Origin: an uncultured virus (IMG/VR IMGVR_UViG_2049941000_000847)
Taxonomy: Duplodnaviria; Heunggongvirae; Uroviricota; Caudoviricetes
IMG/VR virus record: IMGVR_UViG_2049941000_000847
Direction: 5' to 3' (one strand)
Length of the DNA stretch: 64,000 nucleotides
Shown here: one piece after another, positions 60,037-64,000 of the stretch
How positions within the stretch are numbered: position 1 is the first letter of the stretch
How the letters are laid out: each line of letters starts with the position of its first letter
Translations under genes and position numbers: made by a program
Notes under the pieces: generated by a model
What the model was told of the DNA's origin: nothing
Seen by the model: the letters and a program-made list of their open reading frames with translations, nothing else
Databases searched by the model: none

Positions 60037-60271
60037 CGTGGTGATCACGAAGCCGTGGCAGGAACGCGGCGCCAAGGTGATGAATACCAGAATCCGCGAC
60101 CAGTACATGGGCGATTATTTCATCGGTCGGAACTGGTACGAGAAGATCGAGGAATTCGAGTTCAGCGGAACTAAGACGATCACTCTGCGTGAAAGCGAGA
60201 TTCTCACGAAGAGAATCGTCGAGCTGAACAACAACGTGGAAAAGATCTGCGAAGAGACCAAGACGGCCTAA
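60037..60271 (+). CDS. Orphan C-terminal gene fragment, probably the end of the P-loop kinase at 62203
   Basis: VVITKPWQERG..RIRD follows naturally from ..ENFFD(Y) at the kinase's gap. Confidence 0.5.
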
Positions 60272-60315
60272 TCGGCCTGGGTGGTTATAAACCGTATTGG
60301 AATGGAGAACAAGCA

Positions 60316-61338
60316 ATGGGAATGTCACAAGAACTGCCGCCAGAGGCGATAGAAATACTCAGACAGGCAAGAGCGACCGGTAGAAAGCTCGAAGAGGGCG
60401 GTGCTGGTGAAATGTTCCAGGAGGTCGCTGATCTCGGGAACATCAACGACGGAAAGGAAGAAGCGGAACCTGTGAAGATCGATCCGATCGAACACTCCGA
60501 AACATCCGGTCTCAGGACGCCTAAATCTGGAGAGGGGAAACAGACGACCGCGGCTCCGGCTCAGTCGTATGAAACGTTCTTCGAGATAAATGGACTGCCT
60601 TCTGGCGGATCTCTTTACCAGGACCGTCTCACTGGTCAGTCGATGAAGGTCGAAGACCTGCTTCTGATCCAGTCCATAAACAGGTGGAACGTCAACCAGC
60701 GTTTCAGCGAAATCTTCGGCAGAAGAATCCGAGGCATAACCCCTGAAAACATTCTCTCGATGGACGAAAGCTACATCGCGGCATGGCTTCGCGCGCAGAC
60801 GTACAAGAGCCACGAATTCCCGTTCATCGGAGATATTGTGTGCTCCAATCCGAAGTGCTCGCACACTGAAGATGATTACACGGTCGATCTGCCGTTCAAC
60901 CAGCTGAAGTTCACTCCGACAATGCCGATCGAGAAGATAATGGAGCTCTATTTTGAAACAGGGTATATCGAACACACTCTTCCGAGCGGCGAAACCGTAA
61001 GGCTTCACATCCGCCAGAGAAAGCACGATATATCAGTGGAGCGATTCCTCTACAGGAACTACGAGTCGCAAGGCAAGGAAGTTCCAGAAGGTCTAGACGT
61101 GTTGGCCAGGTCCATTGTCGCGTTCGAATATCCAGGAAAGAACTTCAACCTCGAACAGAAGATAGAGAAGTTCAAGAACTCTCCTGCCGAAGACTACAGC
61201 GACCTGCTGGACTTCGTGTTGAAGAACACTCCGAGTTCGGAACAGTATTTCGAGTACACGTGCCCTGAGTGTGGGGAGGTCACTCGAGTTACATATCCCT
61301 TTCCGGAAGACTTTTATTTTCCCGGTACTAAATCTTGA
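60316..61338 (+). CDS. T4 gp26-like baseplate hub assembly protein
   Basis: LPSGG.LY, MKVED, D..YI..WLR..TY, CSNPKC, LPSG, YTCPECG..FP..FYFP. Confidence 0.75.
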   Translation: MGMSQELPPEAIEILRQARATGRKLEEGGAGEMFQEVADLGNINDGKEEAEPVKIDPIEHSETSGLRTPKSGEGKQTTAAPAQSYETFFEINGLPSGGSLYQDRLTGQSMKVEDLLLIQSINRWNVNQRFSEIFGRRIRGITPENILSMDESYIAAWLRAQTYKSHEFPFIGDIVCSNPKCSHTEDDYTVDLPFNQLKFTPTMPIEKIMELYFETGYIEHTLPSGETVRLHIRQRKHDISVERFLYRNYESQGKEVPEGLDVLARSIVAFEYPGKNFNLEQKIEKFKNSPAEDYSDLLDFVLKNTPSSEQYFEYTCPECGEVTRVTYPFPEDFYFPGTKS

Positions 61339-61531
61339 TTCGATTCTGAACATCAAGGTGTCCATAGCGATGCGCTTCCACACTCCTATAACCGACTGCA
61401 ACAGCATGTTCATACAGGAGTTCCTTGATCTGGACGAGAAGATAGCGGAAATCCAGAAGATAGAAGAGGAGAAGTACAAGCAGGACGCCGACGAGTATCG
61501 GAACATCTACAGCGACTTTGAAGGAATGTAG
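61331..61531 (+). CDS. Small protein after gp26-like gene (possible gp51-like; start uncertain)
   Basis: IAMRFHTPITDCNSMFIQEF..E pattern and position. Confidence 0.45.
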   Translation, partial: NLDSILNIKVSIAMRFHTPITDCNSMFIQEFLDLDEKIAEIQKIEEEKYKQDADEYRNIYSDFEGM

Positions 61532-61543
61532 AGATGACAAAAC

Positions 61544-61572
61544 GAAAACGGCCGGTTTCCCGGCCGTTTTTC
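61544..61572. terminator. Bidirectional terminator
   Basis: AAAACGGCCGG-TTTC-CCGGCCGTTTT between convergent genes. Confidence 0.75.
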
Positions 61573-61725
61573 ATTTTAGAAGAATCTATTTGTTCGCTTC
61601 TTGAGCAGCTTGACTGAACCAGGTATCACGCGCTTGCGCTTTACCGAGACGGACACTTCGGCGGGAGCTGGCTTTTCTACCTTTTTCTCGACCTTCGGCT
61701 CCTCTGTCGCGACGGNNNNNNNNNN

Positions 61726-62184
61726 TGGGCTAACGTTTGGTGCGTCGACTACGGCCAAGGAAATCAGGAAGATGATCGAAGACAACATCGTCGCCGTGAG
61801 ATGGAACGAGAGCTACAACAANNNNNNNNNNCGGGCTCACGTTCGGTGCATCGACTACAGCCAAGGAAATCAGGAAAATGATCGAAGACAACATCGTCGC
61901 CGTGAGATGGAACGAGAGCTACAACAAGTATCGTTCACGTATCGAGATGCTCAACCTGAGCTCTCCCCAGCTTCTGTCGATGTACTTCGGNNNNNNNNNN
62001 CCGCATCGAGATGCTCAACCTGAGCTCTCCCCAGCTTCTGTCGATGTACTTCGGCGTGTTCCTCGGGAAGGAACTGTCTCTCGCCAGGAACGCTCTTGCA
62101 AAGGAGCTGAAGGCCCAGCAAGAAGCCAACGCCGGCGAAAAGGCGGACAACATCATCAAGTTCAACCCAAAACTTTCCAACTAA
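61726..62184 (+). CDS. C-terminal fragment(s) of a protein (probably the 58977 gene), with overlapping variant duplicates
   Basis: LTFGASTTAKEIRKMIEDNIVAVRWNESYNKYRSRIEMLNLSSPQLLSMYFGVFLG..KLSN* reconstructed across gaps. Confidence 0.5.
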
Positions 62185-62202
62185 CATCAACAAGGAGAAA
62201 CC

Positions 62203-62711
62203 ATGTTTCACGGAAAGAAGGTAAAGGTCGTCGGTTTTTACGGTCAGTCCGGTGCAGGCAAGACCACGATAATAAGAAACGTTCCGGACGAGATCGATGA
62301 AGTGGCCGTGACCAAGAACACCGGCATACTCAAGTACCTGTACGGAAAGAACAATTACTACGTCCATCCGAACGATTGCATAGACTCGTACTACCAGGAG
62401 ATGAAAAACTCTCCGGACGCCAACAAGAACGAGATCGCCAACTCCGTGATAGAGAAATACATCAGGTCGGCGTTCCAGCTGCTCAACGACTTCTCCACGG
62501 AGATCTACATGTTGAACAAGGAACTTGGCGAGAACTCCGCCGGCGTAATCCTCGTCGACAGCAGTCCGATCGACTACTACGCGATGCTTATGTGCGGTGT
62601 CAGCATGCTCAAGGACGAGTTCGGTGTCAACGAGCTTTCCTACGACATGAACCACCTCATCGAGCTGGCGAAGAAGACCGCGCTGACCACCACCGAAAAC
62701 TTCTTCGACTA
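62203..62711 (+). CDS. P-loop nucleotide kinase-like (AAA_28/dNMP kinase-like), 3' end at gap
   Basis: VGFYGQSGAGKTT, ILVDSSPIDYYA; AAGGAG RBS. Confidence 0.7.
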
Positions 62712-62854
62712 NNNNNNNNNNGATGTGTGGTGTCAGCATGCTGAAGGACGAGTTCGGCGTCAACGAGCTTTCATATGACATGAACCACCTCATAGAGCTG
62801 GCGAAGAAGACCGCGCTGACCACCACCGAAAACTTCTTCGACTANNNNNNNNNN

Positions 62855-62943
62855 TTCGGCTCCTCTGTCGCGACGGGTTCGACAACGCGTTCGATGACGG
62901 TTCTGTCGTTTTCAAGTCTGTTGATCTTGCGTCTCTTGGACAT
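62855..62943 (-). CDS. 5' part of a small basic protein whose 3' part lies at 61576-61695
   Basis: MSKRRKINRLENDRTVIERVVEPVATEEP overlaps VATEEPKVEKK..RFF across scaffold gaps. Confidence 0.5.
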
Positions 62944-63842
62944 TACTTACCTCGCTTCTGCTTCTGCCCCAGGAGAGGCATGATTTCCTTGATGTTGTTT
63001 CTGCCTTCGGCCTTCTTGACCATATCAAGCGCCTGATCATAGGTGAGATCCGTATCCTTCAGGTCGCCGTCTTCTCCCATGACGGAGTACTTCTTCTGGT
63101 CGCCGACGCTTTCCTGCTCGCCGTTTTCAGAGGCTTCTGCATCGTCTTCTTCGTCCTCAGAGGCAAATAGGTCTTCACCGGTTTCGTCGCGATACTCCAT
63201 TCCGGCGGTGTAGTAGTCTGGCATCTCGTAGATATGCCCCATGGCCGCCTTGATGGCCTTTTCCGGGTCCTTGGTCCGTTCAAGCTCGACCTTGAGACCC
63301 TTGGAAAGTTCTTCGATGATTTCGGTCTCTTCGACACCATGTTTGCCGGCGAGGCAATCGATTGTCTTGCATTCCTTGCCCTTTTCGAGGTCTTCTCCCT
63401 TGAGCTCCGCCTCTCCTTCTTCTTCCATCTCGTCGAGACGGTCGTAATAGTCGGGGAGTTCCATGAGGTGGTCGAGAGCGATGCGTTCGGATATCTTCTT
63501 GAGCTCGGTGTGCTCGAGTTCGACCTTCGATCCAATGTCGACCTGCTTCTGGATTTCTTCGACGGGAACGTTCCACTTCTTGGCAACGTCTTCCACGGTC
63601 TTGCCGTCGGCGCGACCACCCTTGAGGACATCTAATTCATTGTCCTTTTCCGTGGAAACTTCTTCCGTGTTTCCTCCCTTGATGACGTCAAGTGGGAGAA
63701 TGGTGGAGTCGACTTCGGATACGGAGAAATCGGCCGGCACGCTTTCAAGAAGAGAATAACCCTTTTCGATGGCTTCGATCAGGTATGAGTTGTTCTTCGT
63801 TTTCATGCCGTCCAGAAACGAAATAAAAGACTTTTTGTCCAT
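62943..63842 (-). CDS. Leader-family (type C) protein with two DUF5661-like repeats
   Basis: MDKKSFISFLDGMKTKNNSYLIEAIEKGYSLLES; GSKVELEH..IALDHLMELPDYY and GLKVELER..AMGHIYEMPDYY. Confidence 0.75.
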   Translation of the reverse strand: MDKKSFISFLDGMKTKNNSYLIEAIEKGYSLLESVPADFSVSEVDSTILPLDVIKGGNTEEVSTEKDNELDVLKGGRADGKTVEDVAKKWNVPVEEIQKQVDIGSKVELEHTELKKISERIALDHLMELPDYYDRLDEMEEEGEAELKGEDLEKGKECKTIDCLAGKHGVEETEIIEELSKGLKVELERTKDPEKAIKAAMGHIYEMPDYYTAGMEYRDETGEDLFASEDEEDDAEASENGEQESVGDQKKYSVMGEDGDLKDTDLTYDQALDMVKKAEGRNNIKEIMPLLGQKQKRGK

Positions 63843-63887
63843 TTTAGCACACCAATCCGGGCTTGATTACCCAGTAGATTTCATAAA

Positions 63888-63901
63888 TAGTTTATAAACT
63901 A
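63888..63901. promoter_or_regulatory. Palindromic bidirectional late-promoter motif TAGTTTATAAACTA
   Basis: Between 63842(-) and an ORF starting at 63928(+). Confidence 0.8.
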
Positions 63902-63927
63902 ATGGTAAGTGATTCCCTGTTCAGGCC

Positions 63928-64000
63928 ATGGAACGTATAGACGTAAACGGCATTTACAAGCATTCCCCGATGAATGAGGCTCAAATCAACGCCGAAAAGA
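63928..64000 (+). CDS. Start of a gene running off the window
   Basis: MERIDVNGIYKHSPMNEAQINAEK after the late motif. Confidence 0.45.
   Translation, partial: MERIDVNGIYKHSPMNEAQINAEK

Noticed and set aside
61696..62854. Direct-repeat array or CRISPR-like repeats
   Set aside because: Repeats are overlapping coding fragments duplicated across 10-N gaps with synonymous differences; no repeat-spacer periodicity.
1..64000. Stop-codon reassignment
   Set aside because: Core genes are intact in code 11 and end in TAA, TAG or TGA; frame breaks coincide with N-gaps.

Overview
64 kb of a gapped, metagenome-style scaffold from a large T4-like (myovirus/jumbo) phage. The host is probably Fibrobacter-like, inferred from a Fibrobacter major-paralogous (FISUMP) domain in a tail fibre. 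Core T4-type genes are present but scattered: UvsX, UvsW, probable UvsY, gp46, gp47, gp4, portal gp20, protease gp21, scaffold gp22, gp5-like, gp26-like and tail fibres. The window also holds a tmRNA (tag ANDTYAMAA; not in the ORF track), a ClpP-like peptidase, a CCA-adding enzyme, a solo TnpB and a minimal PolA/T7-RNAP-fold protein. The most striking feature is a family of at least 12 otherwise unrelated proteins. They share a ~35-aa N-terminal leader (EF[LI]xxL..GFS.S[LI]CES[IV]NEIR..[IV]FE, plus two variant forms) that ends at a gp21-type cleavage-like site, and most lie just behind a TATAAACT late-promoter motif. I infer a capsid-targeting leader that packages swappable cargoes into the head for injection: a CCA enzyme, a polynucleotide kinase, CX5R phosphatases, WG-repeat, LbH and PGDYG-like proteins. 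Many short near-duplicate fragments next to N-gaps are strain-variant or scaffolding artefacts. All family assignments come from motif recognition by eye; no database searches were run.
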